Assembly: GCA_951406725.2 (NCBI GenBank)
Contig: OX597838.1
Span: 6,448,001-6,512,000, forward strand
DNA length: 64,000 bases
Origin: Octopus vulgaris
Taxonomy: Eukaryota
Direction: 5' to 3'
A program made the translations under genes and the position numbers. The notes under the pieces are model-generated. The model did no database searches. It was not told the origin of the DNA and was given only the letters and a program-made list of their open reading frames with translations. Shown piece after piece: positions 13,436 to 27,453 of the stretch (its first letter is position 1; every line of letters starts with the position of its first letter).

Positions 13436-14039
13436 ATTTCATTTCTTCTCTTTGTGTTTGTGTCATTGCGATAGAAATAACATGAGTTCTCAGACTGCTG
13501 CTTACGTATGAAAAGAAGAGTATCTCCCTGTATAAAACCTCTTATCTAACACGGACCTTACCCATTTGTCTACAGCCGAATCCACATAATATGGCCCACC
13601 ACCCTCATCGCTTTCCTGATCAGGCCGACTAACCATACACAGCACAAACTTCATCGATCATATCTCTTTAAAAATGTCCGCAATGGTTGTGGGCACTAAT
13701 AATTTTTGTGTGTCTAGCTGGAAAATAAACATACCATCAATGTACACGATGCCTTCAAATATATTCATGATTAATATCGACTCTTCATTTCATGAACGAT
13801 AAAATAGCAATAACCTACTGAGCGTCATTAAATATGTACTCTGTATATTTGGCTTTATGAATATATGAGGAATCAATACATTTCTATTACGCATGTTTAA
13901 AATATTGCATATATATATATATATATGCATGTATGTATGTATGTATGTATGTAGAGTGCATATTAATGAGCGTTTGTATAGGTGTAAGTCACTTTTTCAG
14001 TGACATTCTCATTCTCGCTGTCCCTACACACTCACATAC

Positions 14040-14076
<37 letters not shown>

Positions 14077-14166
14077 GGGAGAAATAGAGAGAAAGATAGA
14101 GGGAGAGAGAGTGTGTGAGAGAGAGAGAGAGAGAGACACACACACAGACACACAAACAAACACACT

Positions 14167-14403
14167 CGTGTAACCTCGTCTGATTTTCCGTATAAATTCG
14201 ATGCTTACTTCCAAGGAATCTAATGCCCTTAGCTTAGTTTTTCCCTGCGGCCGGCTAGATTGGAACAATCTCAAGATTAACCAGCCGAAATTGCGAGGAT
14301 GGTCCGGTTCTTCACTGAGGATAGGAAGCTTCGAATGACCCTTTCTTGTGTTTTTTTGTCTTCTATCTGGATGTTTTGGGCTTTTGTCCCATATGGTGTA
14401 TTG
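14167..14403 (+). mobile_element. Interspersed structured repeat ending at (TA)n; second copy at 45045-45160 (minus)
   Basis: Shared CAGCCGAAATT..GATGGT.CGGT..TT.ACTGA.GAT.G.A.GCTTCGAATGA core followed by a T-rich tail. Confidence 0.6.
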
Positions 14404-14464
14404 TATATATATATATATATATATATGAAGATAGGTTGAAGGAAGACGTATTAAAGAGGCTCTC

Positions 14465-14552
<88 letters not shown>

Positions 14553-15709
14553 ACACATTTTAATATCCTACTGCTCCATATAGAATACGAACATAAAAAC
14601 ATGCAAGTGTTACTACTTCTGTGTCCGTCGATTCCTGCAAACCATCTTAAAATTAACGCAGAGCAGATCCCTGTGAAGGATGTCTAAATCTAACTTCATG
14701 CCTCCTATCAACGTACAATAAATTTCTTTTCGTCACAGAAACATCTCCAACATAGACATTCTGCAGTTTAACCGACCTCATATACGTTATGTCAATCTCA
14801 TATCTTGCACACGTTACGACAAAAACTTCACTGAGGTCTTGATACGTTAAATCAATTCTCACCTAGTAAAGTAAACAAACATATTTAGGTTTAAAATATG
14901 ACACCACTATAAGGAACGACACATGTAGAGCCTTTGAGGCAACTTAAAGTAAGCAAAATTCCTCTTCCACAGCACAGATGATAGGTAAATCATTACAACA
15001 TTTAGATACTAAAGATACTTTTTTGTCTACGGTAGATTATAACAGATATTATGCTAGAATATTTGAAAATTATTGCATATGAATTTGGGGAAATAATTTT
15101 CATATTAACAATTCCATTCAAAGGATTGACTTCCAGGTATAATTTAATTTAGAGTTGTCTCCACCCAAGCAAATAAAATCTACCAGCTTTTATTAAACCT
15201 AAAGGCTATTTATTGCAATTTGATGGATTGAACCTTTTTGAAATTTTTTTGCCATATTTTGGGGATGCGGGGAGTCTTGAAATTCTATAAATAATCTATC
15301 GAAGAAATAGTAAAATTTTCTCCAGCTCTGAATTGTGCTAAAGGCTCTGAAGCAACAGTGTATCATTTCAAAGGTTTTTCATTAGGGACTGAAAGTTATT
15401 AATAAACTGGCACCCCAATTTCTATAATTTAATAACAACAGCGAATTTCCTTAATGAATGCGGAAATAAACACGCATTCAGTTTAAAATTGTATGGTTTC
15501 ATGCAATTTTTCCTAATATATATCTATATATAAGTGTGTGTGTGTGTGTGCGTGTGTGTGTGCGTGTGTGTGTGTGGGGGGATACATATATATATATATA
15601 TATATATGCATAAGTGGGTGTGGATGTATACACTCACACACCATATATGCTCAAGAATTGAAGTATCTACATATATTCCAGTAAGTATATATGAATTGTA
15701 AATGGGTGC

Positions 15710-15752
<43 letters not shown>

Positions 15753-16509
15753 AGATATTTATTTATATTTGCGTATTTAAATATACACAAATACACATAC
15801 ACACACACATACGTGTATGCATACCAATGCCACTGTTTGATTTTAGGTATATTTCATTTATTTACTCTTCTCCTTCACGTATCTGTAAATGTCTTAAAAT
15901 GCCAGGTTTTCATCCTAACACTTCAATACTCAATACACACATATGGATTCAGCTCTTTGGAAATCTTGCTTCATTCACTCTCCGTCCCATCTTCCCACCG
16001 TTCCTCAATAAGTTCTTCCATGTTCATTCCTCCATTTTACTCCATTCACTCAGCTATTGACATAACAGTAAACCTTAATTTCTCTTATTTTCTTCCTAAT
16101 TAACATACTATTTCTATATAAGGCTTCTTGCCAAATTCTTTCACTATCATTTTATCAATTACTTATGTCATCCTAACCGGTTTTTTTTTTCCTTTACCTA
16201 ATCGATTCCATATCCATTTCCGAAGAAATTCTCCCTTTCTCCATAAAGTTATTGCATCGAATTGAATTTTCTGTTATTGTATGACACACAACTATTCTCT
16301 CCTTCATTTCTAGAAATTTCTTCTTCGTGTTTCTTTAATATTTTTCTAAATTCTTTTAGTTTCTCTTCCTTTTCATTTCTTTTCCCAAATTTGTTATATT
16401 TCTTCCCTCCTTATATACATAATTTTGCTTACATATATACTCAACTCGTATAGGAACCTCTTTTGATTGCTATTTTCCTACGAATTTTAACACACGCATA
16501 TATACCCAA

Positions 16510-16769
<260 letters not shown>

Positions 16770-16963
16770 CACTTACATACTTCCATGATATCAATACAGC
16801 AGAATCGACATTTTATTTAAGTTCTGAGGTTTGTAGAAGACGGAGTACTTTTCTAGTATTTACATTAAGACCGCTTTCATTTATTCATGAACAATGAAGG
16901 GCGAAATTTGTGGTGGACTGCCAACTGTTGATATATATATATATACATGTATATACATGTATA

Positions 16964-17034
<71 letters not shown>

Positions 17035-17161
17035 AACAGTAAAGAGTGAAAAAACTACAGAAGGCTTAAATGTTAAAAAATATATATATTTGCGTCAATA
17101 TGTCTGAAGAATATTAGAAAATTAAAAAAAAAGTAATTTCTCTTAAAATGACATAATTTAA

Positions 17162-17200
17162 AAGAAAGACCGGTTTCGCGTGTAGCTTTTGAAATTTCTT
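17162..17200 (-). ncRNA. Hammerhead-like motif with a non-canonical core
   Basis: Minus strand AAGAAA-TTTCAAAA-GC-TACAC-GC-GAAA-CCG-GTC-TTTCTT: perfect 6-bp stem I, 2-bp stem II, palindromic ACCGGT stem III, GUC triplet. Confidence 0.65.
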
Positions 17201-17344
17201 GCGACGTTATGTTTATGTTGAATAGTGTTATCTTTATGTTTATGTTCAGAAGAGTTCTAAATAAGGGGAGGTAGTGGGTGATTTCTTCCGGTGTAAGGGA
17301 GATAATCGCTTAATTTTTTTTCCTTTCCCTTGGTGTGAATTTCT

Positions 17345-17939
17345 CTATATCAGTATGTTCGGTTGGTTGAGTCTGGGCTTGTACTTTTCAATGAAGAATG
17401 TTTCCTTGTTTAGTCTAATTCGTGTTGATGATCCGAAAGCACATTGGTAAAATGGAAAGATTAAAAATTGTGGTAGTAGTTGCTTTGCGCATTTCTCAAT
17501 GTGCTCACTAACAGGTATCATTCTATATTCTGGGAATGCAATCTGTTGTCGATGCAGTGTGCATCTACGTCTGAGTGATAGTCCCGTGGAACCCACGTAG
17601 ACTTGGTGGCAGCCCGAGCATTTTATGACATAAATTATGTTTTCAGAGGCACAAGTAAAGTTAGATTTGATCTTGAATTTCTGTCCCTCTTTAAAGAGGA
17701 ATTCTGATCCTTCTAGCAGGTTAGAACATGTTGCACAGTTCGATCTACCACATTTTTTTACTTTTGCATCCGTAATTTCAGAAGACAATTTTGCCTTTGT
17801 GAGAATCTTTTTAAGTGATTTAGGCTGTTTGTAGCTTTTAATGATTTGGTGTATGTTTAGAATTTCCTTTAATTTGGGGTCTTTATGAAGTATTGGTAAA
17901 TTCTGGGTGATGATGGTGAAGGCTTCTTTGTTTCTGGGG

Positions 17940-17941
<2 letters not shown>
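17345..17941 (-). pseudogene. C-terminal fragment of a PLE polyprotein: RT thumb/linker, Cys-rich Zn finger and GIY-YIG endonuclease
   Basis: The frame stays open upstream of the listed ORF: NPRNKEAFTIITQNLPILHKDP...IKSYKQPKSLKKILTKAK, then CGRSNCATC...FTC, NIIYVIKCSGCHQVYVGST, R...H, EH, IFPFYQ, RLNKETFFIEKYKPRLN. No internal stops over about 198 codons. Confidence 0.92.
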
Positions 17942-17975
<34 letters not shown>

Positions 17976-17981
<6 letters not shown>

Positions 17982-18107
17982 AAACAGGACAGAAAATACT
18001 ATGGAAAGTCGTATACTATATTATTATAGGAAGACATTCCTATGATAATATTGTATACGACTTGTGAAGTTTGCCTTGCTTTAAAGTTTGCTGACCTGTT
18101 TAACAAT
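17976..18107. mobile_element. Fold-back mini-element with TGT...ACA TIRs and an internal 27-bp hairpin
   Basis: ATTGTTAAACAGG / CCTGTTTAACAAT; inner arms 18006-18032 and 18037-18063 differ at two positions. Confidence 0.75.
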
Positions 18108-18252
18108 TATATATCCGTTGCGTTGGAAATCTGCAATGGTTCCATAACTACCGTCTCGGCTATAAACCTACAGCCCCGGATATGCTTTACAGCACTTACC
18201 TAGCGTACCTAATTGTTTAGATCCCCTGTAATCAAAACCCCATACTTTGTAT

Positions 18253-18301
<49 letters not shown>

Positions 18302-18309
18302 TGTGTGTG

Positions 18310-18590
18310 AGTGATCCAAGGATGGGGTAGAAAGGGCTCCTTAGCCGTAGTGAAGGCAATCGATCTAGGAAGATAACCTTACAATAAATCACTGGGTCCG
18401 TAGCTTAGAAATACTGGGTTGACGTCCAGCGGGAACAGCTTTGTTTCATGGAGGAGGAAAGATCTTCTTTAGTACTTGGTTGTACAATGCTTTCCAATGT
18501 GTGTAGTAGTGGCGCGCGCACACATTATTAGCCATTTGAAAATACTATGAAAGTCTCGACCACGGTCGAACAATGATGATGAATGATGAT
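18310..18590 (+). mobile_element. Probable RTE-related short retroposon fragment
   Basis: GAAGGCAATCGATCTAGGA resembles RTE 5'UTR motifs; ends in a (TGA)n-like tail. Confidence 0.35.
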
Positions 18591-18983
18591 CCAAGGATTG
18601 AGGTTATTTCAGGAATAAATATGATATTCATTAGGGTCATTATCGTAGGGATATAGGTACTTATGTAGCACTCTGAGAAGAGGAAATCGATTTAAAGTTT
18701 AAGAAAGTTCTCCGGATAGAACAGAATACGTTGATTTGATACTGCGTTCATCTCACCCATTCATAATTTCAACCTTGCATTTCAATATCTGCAAACAACA
18801 GAGATTTGATCCATATATATCGCGAACATATGGATTAATGGTTGTATCGATGTTCCCCGTTCTATGAAAATCGACATTTTTGCTCTCTACGCACCACTCG
18901 TTCGCAAAGATCGCTGTTCTTTTCGCTCTGCCATTCCTAAATGTATTGAGATGATTATATATTCTCGATTTGAAACTGATGCA

Positions 18984-19027
<44 letters not shown>

Positions 19028-19599
19028 TACATAGACAGACACACACATGCACACTCATATCTATATACATACATACCTTGATACATACATACGCATAATT
19101 ATATATGTTTATATATGTTTGTGTGTGTATGTATTGTGCGTATACATATACATCTACATACAGAAGTTGTACCGAAAAACATTGAATTAGCAGCAATCAT
19201 TGAAATAAATATATAAAGAATGTTTATACACTATGATCACTGAACCATTATAAACGATATCTACTTTACAGCCATATCAATCAAATACAATCATTTCGTA
19301 GATAGCCGTACACACATATTTGGTTTGTTTGCTTTCTTTTACTGTTTCCTATATTTGAAAGTATTCAGTTCCAATTATTTTGAACTTATATAAGGAACTT
19401 ATAACATATATGTCTGTGACGTGTGTTCATTAATTACTAGTTTCTTTAGATAAATCTAAATTATTTTCAACTGTTGCCATCCGTGTGCTTTACATAAATG
19501 ACTCGTCTATGTAGATAAGTGTCTCTCACAATTTTATATCCTGATATGAATGTGTTGTAGCATATGTCTGCTATCAACATATGCAAAAACCACAACACA

Positions 19600-20040
19600 C
19601 TTCAGAATACTCCTCTTCTCACTCTTTCCCACTCATCTCGACTCTGCACTTCTTTCAATTCCCTGGTCACTCACTCCTCCCTATCCCTGATCTGCATCTC
19701 TTATCATTTCTTGATCTCACCCTGCTACAACACTCTCCTCCCACTGAACTGCCGACATCCTCCAGTCTATTCTATTCACCTTCTTTTTAACCGACTCTAA
19801 CCGTAAATTCTCTTCCATTATGACTTGAACCGCCACTTGCCCTTCTTTTCACCTTCAAAACAGAGACCACCTTTTCGTGAATACTTATATGCATCCATTA
19901 CTGGTTGCGTATTGTTGTCCTTTTGCACCCACTTTTTACTAACATTACAACTATTACGTAATTCTCAGCCTCCAGAAACAGCGGTCTGACCTGAAATACC
20001 ATACCCTCTCCTCTTACGTTTCTATAATACTTGTACCCCT
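19600..20040 (-). pseudogene. Highly decayed LINE (RTE-like) AP-endonuclease end and linker
   Basis: Minus-strand fragments LKVKRRASGGSSH and EENLRLE resemble the DV.V.RGA...SDH...LRL motif; purine-rich strand bias; many disruptions. Confidence 0.3.
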
Positions 20041-20236
20041 TGCGAATTTCTAGGTTCTAAAGGTAAAGATTTTCTCTCTTTCCCGACCGTCAGACTAATA
20101 CACCTCCTTCTTGTTCATACACCTGACTTCGTCTTTTGTTTTTCAGAAAATTTCAACTATATATATATGTATATATATATATATGTCTCTCTGTCTCTCT
20201 CTCTCTCTCTCTGTCTATATATATATATATATTTAC

Positions 20237-20280
<44 letters not shown>

Positions 20281-20287
20281 CTATCTG

Positions 20288-20359
<72 letters not shown>

Positions 20360-20361
20360 TG

Positions 20362-20404
<43 letters not shown>

Positions 20405-21511
20405 TTACATGTTTATTTATATTTTATATGCATCACTTTCTCTATCACAACTCAGGTGGAATCATTTTATAGCGACTCCTTACGCTGCGGACTTAGTTCT
20501 AGACATAATCTCCGGCATGTAAGCCCAAATTGTTAGAGCTCTATTTAGTGTTGTCTATATTGAGCTTCCCTAGATATTTACCTGTTGACAAGGTACATGA
20601 TTAAACGTAAATGTGCGTTGGTGTGCATGTGCATATGTATGCATGATGCATGTCTTTATGTGTATATGTTAGCATTAAAGTCTCATAATTCTGTCGTTCA
20701 CTGGAAATATCGTAGGAGCGTTTAGAACATTTTGATGCATGAGAAACTGTTGCTAAGTATACTACGCGTGTAAATATGGCTTCCTAGAACATGTGTGCAG
20801 AATTCTAACGAACTGGATAAGTCTTATTAAATTATACATCGAGACTATTTCATATTTTTATCTATAGCCATTAACATCTGATCCATTTTATATATATTTC
20901 CAAACATATCCAGAGTTGAACTTAGTCATACTGGGAAGAGTAACGGTCATTAACAAATAAAACAGAAGCAGTTTTATTTCGTCAGTATATATTCATTTCA
21001 TTTTACGGTCTTTCATCGCGTATCCATTAAATATGTTGACACTAACTTAACTCGTTACCAGTTTCTTTTTCATGGGTAATACATCATTACACTATATATT
21101 TTCGAAAGAATTTTAATTTCCTTTACTAGGTTATCATATATGGGATATTTTAGGTTTATTGCGCGACTGGTTCATCAGTTCTTTTTCATCTGGTTTTCGT
21201 TTGCTTTACTGATTCTGTTGCTATTTGTGCAAATATTTTACTGTTGCGTAGAAAATGTATCATGCCCATCACTTTCGATGAAGAGAAGTTCAAAATATAT
21301 TATAGCAGACTGATATTATAGGAAAATAAAAGCTAAATGATAAACTTTTTTCATCCACTTTACAGGGATGGTACACAACTAAAACCAAAACTGTAATATT
21401 GCATGCTGAAGTAAAATTATATATATATATATATATAGTCACCTATCTCGAAAAAGTGTAAAGAAGCAATACTAAATCTCTGAACGAGGTATAAACAGTA
21501 GCCGCACGACA

Positions 21512-21671
21512 ATGTGAAGTATATTTGCCACTTAAATGTGGCTAACCTCTAAGGGTGGATGCTACTGTAGCTTGTGTCTCCAGGAGAACATCTTCTCCAG
21601 CTGTCGATTGACACACTTTCTGTGCTCTATGAGTATTTGCAAAGGAAAGCCACATTTAAGTGGCAAATATA

Positions 21672-21679
<8 letters not shown>
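21512..21679. mobile_element. MITE with about 32-bp TIRs (25 bp perfect) next to (TA)n
   Basis: GTATATTTGCCACTTAAATGTGGCT (21519-21543) and its exact reverse complement (21648-21672). Confidence 0.8.
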
Positions 21680-21722
<43 letters not shown>

Positions 21723-22576
21723 TATATTCACATATATGTATATAAATGCATAGGTACAGAAGGAAAAAGAGAGATTAGCTGACAAGTAGAAAGTTCCAGC
21801 GTTTGCATAAAGGGAACGGCATCCAAATATTTAGAGGTGTAAAGAGAACATATGTCAGATGTCACATATATTTCCAAGAGGCAGTGAAATCTTTCCAGCA
21901 GTTACAATTATTCAGATATAATTCAAACACATTTCGTTTCCTGCAGCATTGTATTTTCTTTAATTTGGAATTACTATAATAATTACATCTGTCACAAAAA
22001 ATATCAATGATAGTTGTAAACGTTTATAATTACAAACAAAATTTTAATATGTTTTAAACCTATCAAATGAATATAAAGAAATAGAGTTTTCGAGAAATAT
22101 TTTCTCCTGAAGAGTATTAAAAATGATGTGTCACTACGATGTTATTGCATTCGCCTTAGGATGAGAAAATGATGAATACAACTGTTACACAGAATATCTA
22201 CTAATGTCCATGAGCGTTTATGCTCAAAATACTTAGCAAAAATACTAATGGCAAATTTAAAGTAATTCGAAACATAATAGGCATGTATCGGATGTGTTCA
22301 AATTTATTTCACGTTTGCTTCATCAATTCCAGTATAATTTGTACACGTTCAGTTTCCGTACAAATTTTTCTCACTCACGCTGTTAAAAGGTCGCAGTTTC
22401 GTTTGGCAAGAGTTGAGGGATCGAAGAATTAGTGTATATTTGCATTCGAATTGCATATATATTGAAATAATGACCAAAAGCATGCTCCATGTTTCCGAGT
22501 GATTTCTTTCTGTAATATAGTATTTATGCGTATCTTCATAACTAATACGAGTCTTTTAATATATATGTATGTATAT

Positions 22577-22807
22577 AAGGCGGTGAGCTGGTAGAATCGT
22601 TAACGCGCCGGGCGAAATGCTTAGCGGTATTTCGTCTGTCGTTACGTTCTGAGTTCAAGTTCCGCCGAGGTAGACTTTGCCTTTCATCCTCTCGGGGTCG
22701 ATAAATAAAGTACCAGTTTCGCACTGGTTCGATGTAATCGACTTAATCCCTTTGTCTGTCCCTGTTTGTCCCCTCTATGTTTAGCCCCTTGTGGGTAGTA
22801 AAGAAAT
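22577..22807 (+). mobile_element. tRNA-derived SINE family C with a MetaSINE-like central domain
   Basis: AAGGCGGTGAGCTGG head, B box GAGTTCAAGTTCC, GACTTTGCCTTTCATCCTCTCGGGGTCGATAAATAAAGTACC core, flanking AATATATATGTATGTA duplication. Confidence 0.85.
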
Positions 22808-23622
22808 ATATATGTATGTAAATATATATACATATGTGTGTATGCATACATATATATATAAACACACGAATACATATATGTATGTGTGAGTGCACACGTG
22901 CGAATGTGCGGCTGTACATGAGTGTGTTTGTGTGTGTGTATATATATATATATATGTGTGTGAGCATAAAATACAAACGACAAATGATCAAAAAGCTTCG
23001 TTTTGTCAGGCACTTTTGATGCATGTTATGAAATTCAGCAAACAATGTCTAACTCGTTTAACTGTCTCGTGAAACGGCTCAGCAAAGGAAGACAAGAAAA
23101 AATTTTCAGATACACATTTACTGATAAAAAATGATTGGAATTGTAATTCTTCCGGTTTGAATCACACAAATAGCACAAACAATAACTCGCAGACACACAC
23201 AAGAGTCTTCTATATATAGAATTATTTATATATGCGCGTATGCATAAATATATGTTTACATACGTTTAAATTTATAAAACGTACGTATATGTAAAGAAGT
23301 ATTTTTAAACATATTTTAGTTATATAGTTATACATACATATATATATGTTATACTTACATATGCATATATACTGATGTATATATTTATGTATGAATGGAT
23401 TTATGTGTTATGTATATTTGCATATATGTAAGTTCGCCTTGTCCAATTTATTCTTTAAATTACGTATAAACAATCTCTCATGGGTAGTTTTCTTTCCTCC
23501 ATCTGTTCCTGTTGCCCTTTCTTTCATTTACTCTCTGTCTCTCACCATGTACACACACACATACACACACACACATATGTATACATATACATGTATATAT
23601 ATTTACATATGTATGCATGCAT

Positions 23623-23666
<44 letters not shown>

Positions 23667-24135
23667 ATGCATGCATGTATGTATGTACACATGTATGTAT
23701 GTATGAATGCATGTATGTATGTATGCATATATATATGTATGTATGTATGCATTTATGTATGTATGTGTGCGTGATTCAATGCACAGAGATCTGTGATGCT
23801 GACACGAGGTCATTCTTGCTGGCACATTACTAATACCACAACGTGAAATCAAAGCGAAAGAATAAACAAAAAAAATGTTGTCAGAAGAGAGGTGTCAGCT
23901 TAAGTTTGATTTTAATTCGTAAATTACTTACAGGAACTGTCAAAGACTTCTTCGAGAAACTAAGTTAAAAGATCGATCTGAAGAAACGAAAAGAAAACAA
24001 ACACTTTAAATGGTTTTTAAATTGCTTCCGAAATACATTAGATTGATTATAACGAAAAGAATTTCTTTATATTCATACATATACACATATATATATACAT
24101 ATTTGTCTGGGTGTGTATGCATGCGTGTATATATA

Positions 24136-24195
<60 letters not shown>

Positions 24196-24469
24196 CGTGT
24201 GTATACGTATGTATCCGATATGCACACACTCATACATGCTTCTAAATACATACATATATAGAGATACCCAGGCATGGCTCTGAGTTAAGGGGTTAAATTA
24301 CGAACGACGTGTTTCCGGTTTCGGCCTCATTTGTAGGTCCTTGGGCGAGTTTCTCTCACGATAGCGTTAGACGAAACCGCAGTGAGAAGATTTTCATAGA
24401 TATAGACCGAAAGAAGCCGGTTGTGTTATGACTGTGAGTTGTATGTTTACAAACACACCCACAGAAACT

Positions 24470-25002
<533 letters not shown>

Positions 25003-25741
25003 TGAGTTAGCAAATAGGTCTGTATTTGCTGTTCGGGATTTCATTGTATGAAGATTAAGTGAGTATTTCTTCAAAATGTTCATTAGGATTATGGAATTCA
25101 CTTCAAAGGTCAATCTATAAATTTTCTTTTCCATCTAAGAAAGCATTTAAAAGTGTATAATTCTGTTCTTGAAGCCAGCTATGATGTGATGATTATTGGA
25201 TCGTTCCATTCTTTTGTATCACAAACAACGGAATATTAATAACAGATACAAGCGCTAATGTTCACCGACATCCATATCCAAAATAAAGAAAATCTACATT
25301 CATTGACTGTGAGGTCCTTATTTTTAAAGCATCCATTACAATTCTTTTATTTTCTTGTATCATGAGAGGCCATAGAGAAATCCTGCGGTAGATTCCAAAA
25401 ATAGTTCAATTTGAAAATTCCTCTCAACAAATTCCAATATATAAAATAGATATGTTATTGATACTTGTTGCCTCAGTATGGAAAATAAGCTTATATTAAC
25501 CATTTTGAAGCTAGAACGTTTGTGACGGGAATATTTGATTAATTTAGTATCAACGCAAGTCTGTGAGATTTTGGAAAACTTAAATCCTCGCTGAAAGATT
25601 TGCATTTGTGTTCTTCACTTCTGTTCAACGAAGTATCTAAATGCATTCACGCATACGCGTATTTTCAAACAAAAAACCTATTTTGTATACAAATATGTAT
25701 ATATACATCATGCATCTACACACATACACTTACACACACAA

Positions 25742-25805
<64 letters not shown>

Positions 25806-25983
25806 TATAATATATAATATATATATAATATATATATAATATATATATACATATATAATTATATATATATATACACACACACACACACATACACACACAC
25901 ATATATATATATATATATATGTACATATATTATATATACGTATGAAGGTATAAGGTGAATGAAAAATGTTATTTGCAACCAAC

Positions 25984-26050
<67 letters not shown>

Positions 26051-27040
26051 CATATATATATATATATACATTAATTGCATTCATAAAACTGCCGGCGATG
26101 GTATATGTGAAAAATATACAAACATATTCATGTATGCATCATAAAATATATCCAAATTTTTTTAGCAGGGAATACTTATCAGGACATAAGAAAAAGACAA
26201 ATATGTTCTTGAGAATCTACCTACTATATATGTATATATATATATATATCTTTTGCATTATCAGTTACGTAGCCGTGAAGTTTAAAATACGTGTTCATAT
26301 GATAAATATTGAAATGACAGCTTGTCATTCACAATCTTCCATATCTTGGAAGTAGTATTCATCGTGTAAGTGGGGGGGGAGTTTAAATCTATAAAGAAGT
26401 CCGATAAGTTTGTAACTGCGAAATATAAGGGGAAAAAATGTGTGGGACTAAGTCTTGGATGATTGGGTGATAAAAAATGATTGAAATTGTGTGAGTGTGG
26501 TGGAGTATTAGGTGGGTGAGAAACAAGCGAGCTGACTGGAATGAGAAATAGTAATAAATAAGAAAGAATGATACCGGTGTTCGCGTCGGAGTTGTGTGTG
26601 CGTGGTTATCTTCCAGAAAAGAGAACAGAAATATTTTTTGCAAAGATATTTAATACAATTTCGCCTTACGTATTCAAGAGTCTCTCGTGAACTCACTCTC
26701 ACCGCTAAATCTCTCTTACCGTGTCTAAAACGTTTATATAATCTGTGTTTTCCTCATATTAAAACCCTATTCTTTTAACGAAAACTGAATCCATCCATCA
26801 ATCCATCCATCCACACATACATAGATCGATACATACATACACACATACACACTTGTATACACATAGCACACATTTATTCAAAATTATATATAACTACATG
26901 TATGTTCACAAATATATATATATATATGTATGTATGTAAGTGTGAATGTGAATGCGCTGAATTGTACCTGTGTCTGTATGTACGTGTATGTTTGGTGTGT
27001 GGTGTGTGTGTGTGTGTGTGTGTATGTGTTGTGCTCATAT

Positions 27041-27453
27041 ACTCTTTTTACTCTTTTTACGTGTTTCAGTCATTTGACTGCGGCCATGCTGGAGCACCGC
27101 CTTTAGTCGAGCAAATCGACCCCGGGACTTATTCTTTGTAAGCCCAGTACTTATTCTATCGGTCTCTTTTGCCGAACCGCTAAGTGACGGGGACGTAAAC
27201 ACACCAGCATCGGTTGTCAAGCAATGCTAGGGGAACAAACACAGACACACAAACATATTCACACACACTTATATATATATACATATATACGACAGGCTTC
27301 TTTCAGTTTCCGTCTACCAAATCCACTCACAAGGCATTGGTCGGCCCGGGGCTATAGCAGAAGACACTTGCCCAAGATGCCACGCAGTGGGACTGAACCC
27401 GGAACCATGTGGTTGTTTAGCAAGCTACTTACCAAACAGCCACTCCTGCGCCT
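27041..27453 (-). mobile_element. tRNA-derived SINE family B, full length
   Basis: Near-identical to 3541-3951; head GGCGCAGGAGTGGCTGTTTGG...GGGTTCAGTCCC. Confidence 0.85.

Larger units (their letters stand above)
17031..17941 (-). mobile_element. 5'-truncated Penelope-like retroelement (Naiad-like) inserted in (TA)n
   Basis: GIY-YIG frame plus a 3' region with a hammerhead-like motif; (TA)n at about 16930-17030 and 17941-17976. Confidence 0.9.

Noticed and set aside
14850-15500. Protein-like, Cys-containing minus-strand translation (possible env-like relic)
   Set aside because: Stop density is about what random AT-rich DNA gives; no motif recognised
17031-17344. SECIS element downstream of the PLE ORF
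   Set aside because: No AUGA/GA quartet hairpin seen, and no in-frame TGA in the retained fragment
23289-23302. ATGTAAAGAAGTAT partial match to miR-1
   Set aside because: Seed end missing and no precursor hairpin
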